From positions 9,858,001 through 9,922,000 of the forward strand of contig OU015567.1 in assembly GCA_907165135.1 (NCBI GenBank): DNA of 64,000 bases, read 5' to 3'. The stretch is from Oikopleura dioica (Eukaryota > Animalia > Chordata). This document shows, piece after piece, positions 51,866 through 64,000 of the stretch (its first letter is position 1; each line of letters starts with the position of its first letter). A program made the translations under genes and the position numbers. A model generated the notes under the pieces. That model searched no databases. It was not told the origin of the DNA and saw only the letters and a program-made list of their open reading frames with translations.

Positions 51866-53488
51866 TTAGAAAGATAGCTTCGTGAAATCCTCGCCTGAAG
51901 AGCCTCAAAGAAGGTTTTGATAAAGTGGTCCTGCAGCGCTTGTTGTCTGAAGGCGAGGCGCAGGGTTTCGTTGAGGTCCTTCCATAGACCAGTGTTGTTG
52001 GCGAGTGTTTGTGATAGAGGCTGAAGAAGGTATGATTCCTTGAGGACTTGGAAGTTGTTGCACTGGGCCTCCTTGTCGGGATTGCCAGATTGCTGGGTGA
52101 TTTGGTTGATATCAGCGCCTGTTATGAGGTTTTTAAGAGTTCTTTCAGTATAAATTTGAATACTTTGAATACCCGCTTTTAAAAACCCCTTCCTTTGTGC
52201 ATTGTCAGCTCATTAATAATGGTTTCGTACAAAAAGCACTGTTCCTGAGGCGTAGAAGTCCACGCTTGAATCTTCTTAATCAGCTCCTTTACTTTCGCCC
52301 TAACTGCTCTGTAGTCGAATTTTTTCTTCAAATCGTGTACGCTTCTGCATTTTCCACACCAGTTACTCGGCCTGCCCGGGTTTCTGTGGCAAGCACAATC
52401 GCAGGGACACTCCTTCGCGTCGCATTTCTTTCCCATTCGATACAGCTGGTATGATTCTCTCATTTCGACGCACACGATCGTTGCTTCTGCGCGCAGGGCA
52501 GCGTGACGACCGGCTTGGATGTGTTTGTTGATGAACCGGTTTAGGAAGTTAAATTTGACCTGAATGATGAATTAATTCAACTTAAAATATTATTGATCAG
52601 TACCTGATTTTGAACCATTCTTCTCGCCTTCCAGCAAGCTTCTTTTGAGTTGGCATTACAGTGCGGCTCCCTATCTTTTGCCCAGTTCTCACACTCCTTC
52701 GCGGGCTTGTCGCAGATGTAGCAGAAACACTTTTCGCAATACTCCGCGTTTTTCATGAACGGGCCGATTTTTACATTGTCCGTGGGCTTGTAAGGCTTAG
52801 AAGCGCAGTCGGCGCGAATGTGTGGCAGTGGATCAGCGCGCGTAACGGAGACGACCTCCAGCTCATCGTCGGAGAGCTCGACCGTTTCCACCTTCGCTTT
52901 TTTCTCCTCGACCTTAACTTCTGTCTTCGCTTCGGCGGGCCTCTTATCTCCGGGTTCCGGCTTCGGTTCAGACTAAAAAAAATCAAATATTCAGATTCGA
53001 TAAGAGAAAATACCTTTGATTTGGAACTCTTGGAGTCTCCTTTGTTCATCTCCGCCTTGGCGACCTCGACAACGACGGATCTGAGTGTTTCAGACTGAGT
53101 ACCAGTCATCTGCTGATCTTTGTTAAATTCAGCTTTGTAGCGGTCGCGCACGATTCTCTGCGTCAAGCTTGACAGTGGCATCGTCTGAAATATCATTTAA
53201 TAAAAAAGAAGAACTAACATGTTCATGAATAATGGTGATAAAACAGCTCAACCGTGAGTTAATCCTAAATTGCGAAAATTCGCAATTCAAAGTTCTTTCT
53301 CTTTTCTAGAATGAAAATTCGATAAAAATTTATCATGGGTTTAGAATCTTTCATTCTAGAAAATATAATTGAACCTCGGATCGTTCAATTTTTTTTAGAA
53401 AACTCGTTCTCACCTTGAGCAGATTGCGGACAAACTGCTCCATTTGTCCGCGCTCATCTTTTTCTCCTTCCGTTTTCTCGGCCGTCAT
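51866..53488 (-). CDS. Cys/His-rich protein (PHxRxDC..CEKCFCYICD..HCNA domain) with a possible DEK-C-like N-terminus
   Basis: Multi-exon model from ATG 53488 to TAA 51866. Cys motif at 52640-52830 and a second Cys cluster CPCDCACH..CGKC. Confidence 0.7.
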
Positions 53489-53747
53489 TTACTCTTTATT
53501 CTAGGATGCATCCGAAATTTCTAAAAAACAAGGAAAATTAGTCAAAGGTTTCTAAAAAACAGACTCATATGCAGATAATTTCAAATAGATAAATAGGGTT
53601 CGAGAAAGTTGAATCAATGCAAGATGCCGTTGTCAAAAAAAGAACACTTGGTCGTCGCAAACGCGTACTACGCCCAAATGCACGTCGTCGAGCTTGAACT
53701 CCTGAAACGCGACTAGTTGGGGTTAGGGTTTTCTCTCTGCGTTTGCC

Positions 53748-53767
53748 TCTAGATTCTAGAGTCTAGA
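53748..53767. promoter_or_regulatory. Triple TCTAGA palindromic motif
   Basis: TCTAGATTCTAGAGTCTAGA, ~260 bp upstream of the minus-strand ATG at 53488. Confidence 0.45.
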
Positions 53768-54944
53768 ATGAAGACTGTAGTTTTGCTGTAAATTATTTCA
53801 TAGCCATAAGAAACCCTTGCGGTTTTTCAGATAAACTTCTGTACTGGTATCAGATCTTTTTCTCTAGATTTCAGTGGAATAGAATTTTCTAGTCCGAAAC
53901 GGCGCGGGAATCGAAAAGTGCGCAATTTCCGCGGGAGCGGGTTGGTTCGCTGCTACGCGCGAGCTTTCCTCTTTCGGGGACGTTTTTTCTTTTTCCAACA
54001 TTTTTTAGAATTTATAAATTTGGAGAAATTACCAAAGAAAAAAGGGAATTTTAAATTATATTTAATAGTGTGATTTTGTTAACCAAAAGAATCGATTAAT
54101 ATTTATTTTTAATTAATAACAATGCATAGATGTTCTGTCCTTGAGCCTGTGTACAAGCTCTGTTTTCTATTGTCATAGGTACCTCAATTCCATGAAGAAT
54201 GACCGGTTATTGGCTGTCCTTTATGTTCAGGCGCTCTCTAGATTCTAATTTTCGAAAAATTCGGTTCTGGGGGTCGCTTTCTTGGCATCAGGTGACTCGG
54301 CGCGGCTTATCCGCTAGGTGGGACTCGCCGGACTCATATATCAGGGCGCTTATTGGTGGCGAAGGCCAACTTATGGGCGGTGACGTAAATTGAGTCATAA
54401 GTGGCGCTCCGGAGCGCTCTAAGAAGCGTGGGCTTTTTTTAAGTCTCGTTCTTGATTGGCTCCCGCGCTTCTAACGGCTTAAATCGGCCAATTATGGCGC
54501 TGTGCGCTTGTCTAGTAAGTCTAGTAAGTATCGCTCAAGTCAGGTTACCAGACTGGTGGCGCCCCAGCAGCGGCCGATGATTGACAGGCGCTGAGCCCGA
54601 ATCCGGGGTCACCCTAAGTGCCGCGCTCTGCCCCAGGGGCTTTTGCTAGGGCCAAAAATGACGATTTCGCCCGTTTCCTGACTTGATGATTGCATCGATG
54701 TCCCAAATGATCATCTTCTTCAGATAATGATTCACCTAAAATGCAGCCCAGAAGATTCCATTGCTAAATATTCATTTTGCCTTCTTTATTTCTATTTCAA
54801 AGCTCGTAAACAGCGGTATTTTTCAGGGGCACACCTTATTTTCGGATAGAAACCTGCTGAGTAAAACTGAACTGAACTCGACATAAGATTTCTATGTTCA
54901 TTGTAGTTGGAAAACAGCATCTGCAATAACTTCGTTATGACGAA

Positions 54945-55274
54945 TTTCAATAAGGATTTATGAGTGAAATCCTAACCCCCTTATTGGCTCATTGGAAAGA
55001 GCGTAAAAATTTATCCTAGGTTCGCCCAAAAAAGGATGAAATTTCCCTCGAAATGACGTCATGGCACGTTACCAAATTTCTAAAATCACCAAAAGTTTGG
55101 ACGCTCCGCATTTTCGATACACTTTAGCTATCAGGGCGTGCGGTAGTGGAAAATGAAATTCATCCCGTCAAAAGATTTTTTCAACCCTATTTTTTCTAGA
55201 ATAACATTTTAAGCTCTTTCCATTGAGCCAATAAATAAGGGGGTAAGGATTTCACTCAGAAATCCTTATTGAAA
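54945..55274. mobile_element. MITE-like inverted repeat (~75-bp arms)
   Basis: TTTCAATAAGGATTT..GAGTGAAATCCT..CCCCCTTATT..GGCTCA..TGGAAAGAGC is inverted at 55195-55274. Confidence 0.7.
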
Positions 55275-56069
55275 AGTTTGTCCAACTTGGGGAAACGGAG
55301 ATCTTGGGCAAACGGCGACTTTGGCAAACGGCGACTTAGGCAAACGGAGACCACTCTATGAGCTCTGCTTTGGGCCAAATCGACCACCCTAGCCTTAAAT
55401 TCAGCTTGAAAGACGAATAATTATCTTGTCACGTCTCTCTCCAGACTAATCAATACTAAATAGACCAAAGAATGACCAAACTTGACTCAAAAAATTGCCC
55501 GAAAAACTCAACTTTACTAAACTCAAATCAACTTCGACTTTTGAGAATGAGGACGCAACTCAACTCAACTTGAGAATTCGGTGTTGGATGCCGACCCCAG
55601 ATACACAGGACTTCTGAAACAATTTTTAATGTTTTCTATTCATCAAACATGTGTATTTAGATGGGTATTTATATAATATTTGATTGTAAAAATCATAAAA
55701 ATAATAATTTTATGTGTAGTTTTTTCGACTCGACCGCATAATTTAGCAAACAATTAACCCCTTGACGCGAAAAATGTCGCACGTTGGTAGCTGGTGCGCA
55801 GGTTCCGTTGTATTTTCGCAGCCAGCCGCCAAAAACGTCGGCTTCGGTGGGTTCGAGCAAAGGGGCTGATTGTGGCTGACGTGTGCGTTTATCATTTTGG
55901 TGGCGGCGCCTACGAGTCGAGGCGACCAATGAGCATTGGTTTCAGCTCCGATTGCGCTGGGCCTCCGTCGTGGCGTGGAGTGAAAGACCAGACTCAGAGA
56001 AACTCGCCCTTTTTCGCTCTCTCTTTGGCTCAAATCCCCTCAAGTTTCATTTTTGGACCGAGAGTTTGA

Positions 56070-57371
<1,302 letters not shown>

Positions 57372-58179
57372 AAAGAATCATCATATATACACACACCGAC
57401 AAAAACAGCAACAGAAAACATCTATAAAAACATGAAGACGTTTGCCTATTCCAAGTCCCCCACCAAACAAAACTCACACTTTTTCTACATGAACTACCGT
57501 ATTTATTCTCCATTTCCTCTTATTCACAACTACCCATAACAAAAAACATAACAGTGTCAACTTGACAGTGTAATGTCTTCTAGATGAAAAAACTACTGGA
57601 TTATGTGCAATCATTCGTTTCCTTTTGGTTAGATCAATTCTTCTTATTCCTCTCTTTTTCTTATCAACTCTAGAATTGGAGAAAAAAGGCGCGGGGGCTT
57701 GCCACCATCCAATTTTCATTCTCGGATAACCCCACGCTGCTGCTTTTTTCGTTATTTTTTCACTAGCCAAAAGCAAACTATCCGACCTTACCCATTTCTC
57801 CCATTACAAGTGTGCTCCCCTTTCCTATAATACATGATTTTATATATCACTATACGCGTATAACTTATATAAGATTGTATTTAACGTAACCAAGATAAAA
57901 AAGACAGATGGAAACCGATATTCCGATTTAAATAAAAATAACCGGTTAACCGAGCTTATCCCCTTTCTGGTTGCTCAAATTAGATCAATGAATTTATATT
58001 TCCTTCTAGCGATGCAACAAAATTGTAACAATATTAAACAATAAAAAGTTCTAAAAAATAAGACATGAGTTGAAGTCCGACCCGGTCCGAATTCCCACGG
58101 GTTGGTCTTCGTTGATTTCAGTTTCATTATTTTTATTCATTGAATGCAGGACAGTGAAGCTTTATTGATTAGCAGGGAG

Positions 58180-59011
58180 CTTCAAGGAGTTGTTGTTTGC
58201 CCAGGCGATTTCGTTTTCTCGCTAATTTCGGATTTCGGGACTTGGTTGATCAAAATTCTATTGATAAAAAATATTCTGTTGCAACAAATGGCAAGTAAAG
58301 CAGGTAGGAGTGAGTTTTAACGAGACCTGACGCTCATAAATGAAATTCTTACGGTAAAGGTACCAAAGAAAGTAAATGATAAGAAATTGCAAAGAGAACT
58401 GAAATCCACGCCTGAGCATCCTCGCAGAACTTGATTCGTTCGGTCTTTGATTTTAGATTTTGTTCAAGGCGTCTTTCTTCGCCCATCTGCTGCTCGATGA
58501 GTCGGAGGCTAGTCACGAGGCTCTTCGTACTTTTACATCATACTGACATATTCTATTCAATCAATAAATTAGACCTTGTACTTGGGTCATTCTTATTCGC
58601 CTCGCTCGCAAGAGCAGGAATCAGGTCTATCTATCGGCTGCTCCGCTTTTGAACATAGCGACTTCAGCTTGCCTTATCATAATCTTAGGTAAAATCTTAA
58701 AGATTGCCAGCATAAAAACTGTTCTCCATCGATTGAATCATCCCATTTATGAAATGCAAGTCAAGAATAAAGTGATTACGACTAATTAAAAATTCGTTTT
58801 GATTTTGTCATGCTAAAATCCAAGAAACTCAAAAAAATTATTCTCAGAAATTAAGTAATAAAACCTTGTCTGTGATATTTCTGATGGAGCCTTCCCTGAA
58901 GTTGCCATCAATCTTACCAAAAGTTGGGATCTCTTTTTCCGCTTCTGTTTGCGTCTAAATCAACCAAACTTTCACTGCGAAATAAAGTTGTATTCTTACA
59001 CTTTGCTCCAT
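58180..59011 (-). CDS. Small multi-exon hypothetical (coiled-coil) gene, model incomplete
   Basis: ATG at 59011 with a GTAAG donor and exons such as SLRLIEQQMGEERRLEQNLK. Frames could not be fully reconciled. Confidence 0.35.
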
Positions 59012-59156
59012 TTTTTCAAAACTAATTTTCGCTTGAAAAACAGATGCATTTGCTTTTCTCTGTTCTAGAAACTTTCAAGATGTATTTGACAAGAAGTTTT
59101 TACTTTATTCTTGCTCGACAATAATCAAGGTGGGAAAGAAGAGTGAGGGCAGTAGT

Positions 59157-60908
59157 TCAAGCTTGAGATGGTTGAATTTCTCCTAAGTAAATTGCCTTGT
59201 CGGATGCCACAGAAGCAACTGAAAGGGTTTGGGCTAGCAAGAATAAAATCTTTATATTTCTTACTAATTGGTTCTTTGGTGTTAGGGTAGAATTGAGCAT
59301 CGTTCACAGATCCCATATGACCAGGAAGTTTGTACTGGAGCGAGCGGGAGTTAACGTCCCAAACGTAGACGTACCTGATTGATAAAGTTTCTATACTGAA
59401 AGTCTAGGATGAATCTACCTATCCGCAGAACCGCAAGTAATCTTCGAATCATCAGGACTCCATGCGCATTTGAGCAGGTTCATTTCAAAGTTGTGCTTGT
59501 GGCCCATGAACATTTTAACCATTCGCTCTGATAACAAGAATTTGTAACAGTCCAACAAATAGAAGTTCGAATACCTTTGGCGACAAATGGTCTCACGTCC
59601 CAAACTCTCAAAGTATTATCCATCGAATTCGACAAAACGTACGAGCCGCAATTCGAAAGTGCAAGTGATGTTACTGTGTCGTTGTGGCCTTTCATATTCG
59701 TGCAAACCTACAAGACAATTATCAAAAGACTCACATGAGTTAATCTCTAACCCGCTTGGTTCTTCTATCATAAATCTTGACAACGTTATCGATTCCTGCG
59801 CAAATGACTTGATCAGAAGTGTCGTTGAACGTCACAGAAGTCATTTGATATCGACACTTCAAGTCGTCAATGAATCCCTTTCTTCTCGTGTCCCAAATTT
59901 TAATCGAACAGTCATCAGATGCTGATACAACAAGCGGATCTCCTCGTCTTGCAGCATGAACAGCATTGACGATTCCTTGGTGTCCTGAGAAGAATATATT
60001 AGTAAATTGTTTATTAATCCTGATCTAGATTTATATCAATCGTAAGAAATCCGGGTAAAATTACTATTTCAGTGATTCAAATCATAGTTTCCAAGTATGG
60101 GAATGTAACAAAATGTTGCTCAATACTGAAGTAAGTCGTTCTAAGATAAAATAAGAAATGAAATTTAGTCAGTCAGAAATGAGAATCCTGGTATTTAGAT
60201 TCTTATTACGGTTCGCGAATATTGATCGATTAAATATTTTCAAATGAAAAGTGCCGCCTAGCGATTAAACTTGAATACCTTTCATTCGCTTGACTCTCTG
60301 GCCAGCTTTAAAGTCAAACATTCCAACTGTATTGTCACTCGACGCGGTGAAGAAGTGCTCCCCTTCCTGGCCAAATTGCAGATCCAAAATCGAACCCTAA
60401 ATATTCTTTGAGCGCATTTTCAATGTTTTTGACTGACCTTGTGTGCATTTGGAATCTGATGATAATTCAAGCACTCGCCGAAAACATCCCAGTACATAAT
60501 GTGACGATCGTGCCCGGCAGAGACGAAAGATTTCCCGTCTTTAGAGAATTTTCCGCAGTAGATTTCTCCTTCATGTCCTGAATAAACGCTTGTAAAGAGT
60601 TTTGAGCATTTTACAATATTGTACCTTCGAGCAACATGATGGGAGCAAGCAAAGAGGAAGTTCTATCGACGCCTTGTTCAACCAGAGCTCTGTTGATCGG
60701 ACCAGTATATCGGAGCATATGACGCGGTCCATCAATCTTCTTTTCTTCCTGTTGCTTTAATTGACAAAATTAAGACGAGGTTGGAATGAGAGATACTTAC
60801 CACAACAAGCTGTCCTCCTTCTGGCTTCAATTTCTTCGCCGGAACGAGCCCCAACTGATTGTGGGGCCGCTTATTGCCCGAGAACGCACTCGGCCTTTCG
60901 ACTGGCAT
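59157..60908 (-). CDS. snrnp40: U5 snRNP 40-kDa WD40 protein
   Basis: RTSSLLAPIMLLEGHEGEIY, LSNSMDNTLRVWDVRPF, HNFEMNLLKCAWSPD, YKLPGHMGSVN, SDKAIYLGEI. Confidence 0.93.
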
Positions 60909-61006
60909 CTCTTGAAAAAATGTTTTGTGATTGAGTCTTTCGGCGATTGTCAGTTTAATATCTTATTGAACAGAAATAAGCGTTGAAGTCAGTATATGGA
61001 AAAAGA

Positions 61007-62267
61007 CTAGTAAGATAGAATATCCGCTAAAGAATCCCTCTGATCCTCAGTCAGCGCGTCTATCGTCGCACACGAGGGAAGTTTAATATTTGGTCGGATT
61101 ATCAGATCGCCTCTAGTTCCGGGTGCTTTGCTGATTGGCATTCCTTCTCCAGGTACAACAAAATCGTCCACCATCAGCTGATTTTAAGTTTATATTCTTT
61201 GAAGAAAGGGGTAAATTACCGTCGGATCAGTATCAGCACGGAAGCTATGAACTCTTTCTCCATCGAAGAGTGGTACATCTTGCTCGATCCCCTTGAAAAT
61301 TTTTATTTTATCGATTGACATAAACGAGTAAAATATCAATTTTCCGTAGGTTTGAACTTATTGCTGCTGACGCGTCCTTCGATAAATACATACATGAAGA
61401 AGCACTTCTTTGAGGGGAATATCAAAAGAATAAACGAGATTGTTGCCTTCGCGAGTGTAACGCGGGTGCTCCTTTTCTTTCACAACAAAGATGATATCTG
61501 AAGTAATTATTGAATAATCGTAAGTAAGCGCCCTTGGAATCTAGGTTATGTGAGATTTACGTAACCTGAAGCCAGTTTCATTCCCTCTTCATCTCCTTCT
61601 CCGGCAAACTCCGCCAGGAATCATTATAATAATCACATTTCTTTAGCCTTACTCAAGAGTAAAATTATTTAGACTGATTCCGTTATTTTAGTTCCAGCTT
61701 TCCATCCAGCTTTGACAGGGACCTCAAGAACTTTTTCATTGTCGTAAAAATCACCATCCATTTGACGACGTTTTCGAACGATTTTAATCTGAAAAGTGGA
61801 TGAAAAACAGCACTGCTTGATTCAAGTCGTACCTTTTTCGTCAAACCAACGAATAGCTCTTCTAGGCTACAAACAAGATCATGCTCAACTGGGTCGCCTT
61901 TTACAGGGGTTCCATGTTTCTTGCATTTCTCCGCCAGCTGATCAGGGTCCATTCCGCCAACGTAATCAATCTGATTAGTGCCTTCGAGGAAGACGAAAGA
62001 CGGAACTGATCTGATTCCATATTTATCTGCTCCGACGGGACACTAGAGTTTAAATATACCCCCAAAAACCCCTTGAAATCTAACCTTATCGATGTCAACT
62101 TTTAAGAAAGTAAGATAAGGATATTGAACTGAAAGCTCATCGAATTTCGGAGCCATCTGGCGGCACGGAGCGCACCAGCTCGCTGTAAAGTCGACGACAA
62201 ATTTGCGACTGGCATCTAAGGTCCGGCCGAAGAAAGAGTCCTCATCGCAGTCTATCACTCGGCTCAT
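61007..62267 (-). CDS. Thioredoxin (WCAPC) fused to a DnaJB-type C-terminal substrate-binding region; no J-domain
   Basis: VVDFTASWCAPC..FLKVDID..IRSVPSF continues in the same exon into PVEHDLVCSLEELFVG, then KAGWKAGTKITFAGEGD, DIIFVVKEKEHPRYTREGNNL and GEGMP..RGDLII. Confidence 0.88.
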
Positions 62268-62631
62268 TCTTCAAATTTAAGTATTCAAATTTGAAGGCTT
62301 GAATGTTCATTATGATCATGATTTTGCGAGACAAGAAAAACAAGAAGCATGTCAGAATATTAAATATATTTGATAACAGTTATCGAAAATTGACATTTTT
62401 GAAAAACAATCTGTATTGAAAAATTTCCAGTAGTAGGAATAAAATGAAAGCAAAAACGAGTTAACAGGCAGTGCGTTAAAATACAATATGTACATTTTCT
62501 AAGATGCGTTAGTTCTTGAGTACTAGAAATATTGAATTTAACCGTATTACGAAGTGAACAAAAAAGGGCAAAATGATAGTTTTCAATGGAAAAAAATAAG
62601 GAGATGAGTTATCGAAACAGTCTTTGAAAGT

Positions 62632-64000
62632 TTAAAGAGAGTCTCTGTCGGAGTCAGAATCGGGTCGTAGTTGTTGATTGAGGGCTTTGATTTTGTTCAA
62701 ATTCTGGATTCTGGTAGTCGCCGCGTTCAACATCGGCTCTGGATAATCGACTCCGATGATGGTTCGTGCTTGTTGTTGGACGTCGTTTGGCGCTTTCCAC
62801 GGACAATAAATGTATTGCGTCGGAAGATTTTTCAACTCGGGGCAGTAGCGGCGAATGAAGCTACCGTCCGTGTCCCATTTTCGAGCAATTTTGACTGGAT
62901 CCATCGCGCGCAGAGGCACTTGATTCGAGAATGCGCTTCCCGTCACCCAGAGAAAGTTCCCAGCATTGAGAGCATAGTCTGCGTCCAGGAGGAATTCTTC
63001 GAAAAGCTGAATGAATTTTTAATCGTACTCACAATCGAGCTCATTTTTACCTGTTGCCCGATTTCCCAGCTGCACCACATTTGCCCAACGGTCAAAAAAG
63101 AAGCCAGGGAGAATCTGGAAATGTGTGTGATCCATCCTTCGCTCTTCATCTGTCGAACGGCAGCATCTATCCACGGGTAACCAGTCATCCCTTCTTTGAA
63201 TTTTTCAATCCACTCGGCTACTCGCTCGTTTTTCGGATCGCTCCACTTGATGTCTCGGCAGATTCGATTGCCTTCGATCTTCGTGAAGTTATTGACAGTG
63301 TAGGCTACGGTATAGAAGAATTCACGGTAAATCATTTGACCCTGGACAGTCGTTCGCATCTTTTCCGGCGCGCCCTGTGCTCCGTGCCAGAATGTTCGAG
63401 GGGACATCGAGCCGAGGTTTATGTAAGGGCTAGAAGTACAAATGTGAATCATGAGATATCTCGATACTTAGGAGAGATGATCAATAATTTAAATTCCTAC
63501 CTCAGGCCCGTTGTCTCCGGCTGTGTCTCGAACCACGGCTCGGTAGTCCCGGGGATTTCGTATTCGTGATCACCAGCTTTGGAAGTACTCGGTCCTTGGT
63601 CGAATTCGAAGAGATTTTTCCTCTCAAGTTTGAATCGCATTCTTTCTAACGCCACGGTCTCTCCCCCTGGCCAGCGAGTCAACGATCTGGGGCATTCGAG
63701 TCCAAGACTGGCCAAAGTAGGGACGCCGTAAATCGCCTGGTGGTTGTCCTCGATTGTAACTGCGCATGATTTGTACATTTCTCCCGTGATTGTCGGAGCC
63801 GGAGGAGCTGGAACGTCCATGTTTCCGACGACAGAGTAGAACTCGTCGAGAGAGAGGGGCACTTGACCATCGTTAGCGTCGATGACTTCTTGAGGATCGT
63901 AAAGTGTGTGTCCGTGGAAGGAGCGAGTGACAATTTCCCGTCGATTGACCTCTTCGAGGATTTCAGCTTCGAGTTGACGGTAAAAGACCTCGGCGTCACG
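62632..64000 (-). CDS. Cryptochrome/(6-4) photolyase family protein, 5'-partial
   Basis: HTLYDP, WPGGET, TTGLSPY, REFFY, GMTGYPWIDAAVRQ..EGWI, SWE, LLDAD, FIRRYCPEL, YCPWKAP, IIGVDYPEPM. Confidence 0.93.

Overview
Eukaryotic genomic DNA. Very short introns (about 40-60 nt), several GA-AG introns, tight operon-like gene spacing and TCTAGA motifs are most consistent with an appendicularian tunicate such as Oikopleura (inference, not verified). The first ~29 kb is gene-poor and rich in DNA-transposon derivatives: a 5.86-kb hAT-type foldback element with 1.1-kb TIRs and inverted 57-bp satellite arrays, several MITEs, and a three-level nest (MULE-like > Kolobok-like > hAT-like with a 56-bp hairpin satellite) inside a 44-nt intron. 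From ~29 kb the window is gene-dense: Hes bHLH, an intact intron-containing hAT transposase, an SLC22 transporter, a PWI+RRM gene, a PDZ+GRXCR-like gene, tRNA-Gly(GCC), a TACO1-like gene, orphan genes, a class II Arf, SNRNP40, a thioredoxin/DnaJ-C-terminal fusion, and a partial, divergent cryptochrome/(6-4) photolyase. Best candidates for novelty: (1) a thioredoxin replacing the J-domain on an Hsp40 substrate-binding module; (2) an apparent chimera of two nuclear poly(A)-binding protein types (ZC3H14/Nab2 PWI plus PABPN1 coil-RRM); (3) hAT elements carrying GAA-minihairpin satellites; (4) a CRY-family protein lacking the proximal triad Trp and a catalytic His. Gene models were spliced by eye and family calls rest on remembered motifs, not database searches.
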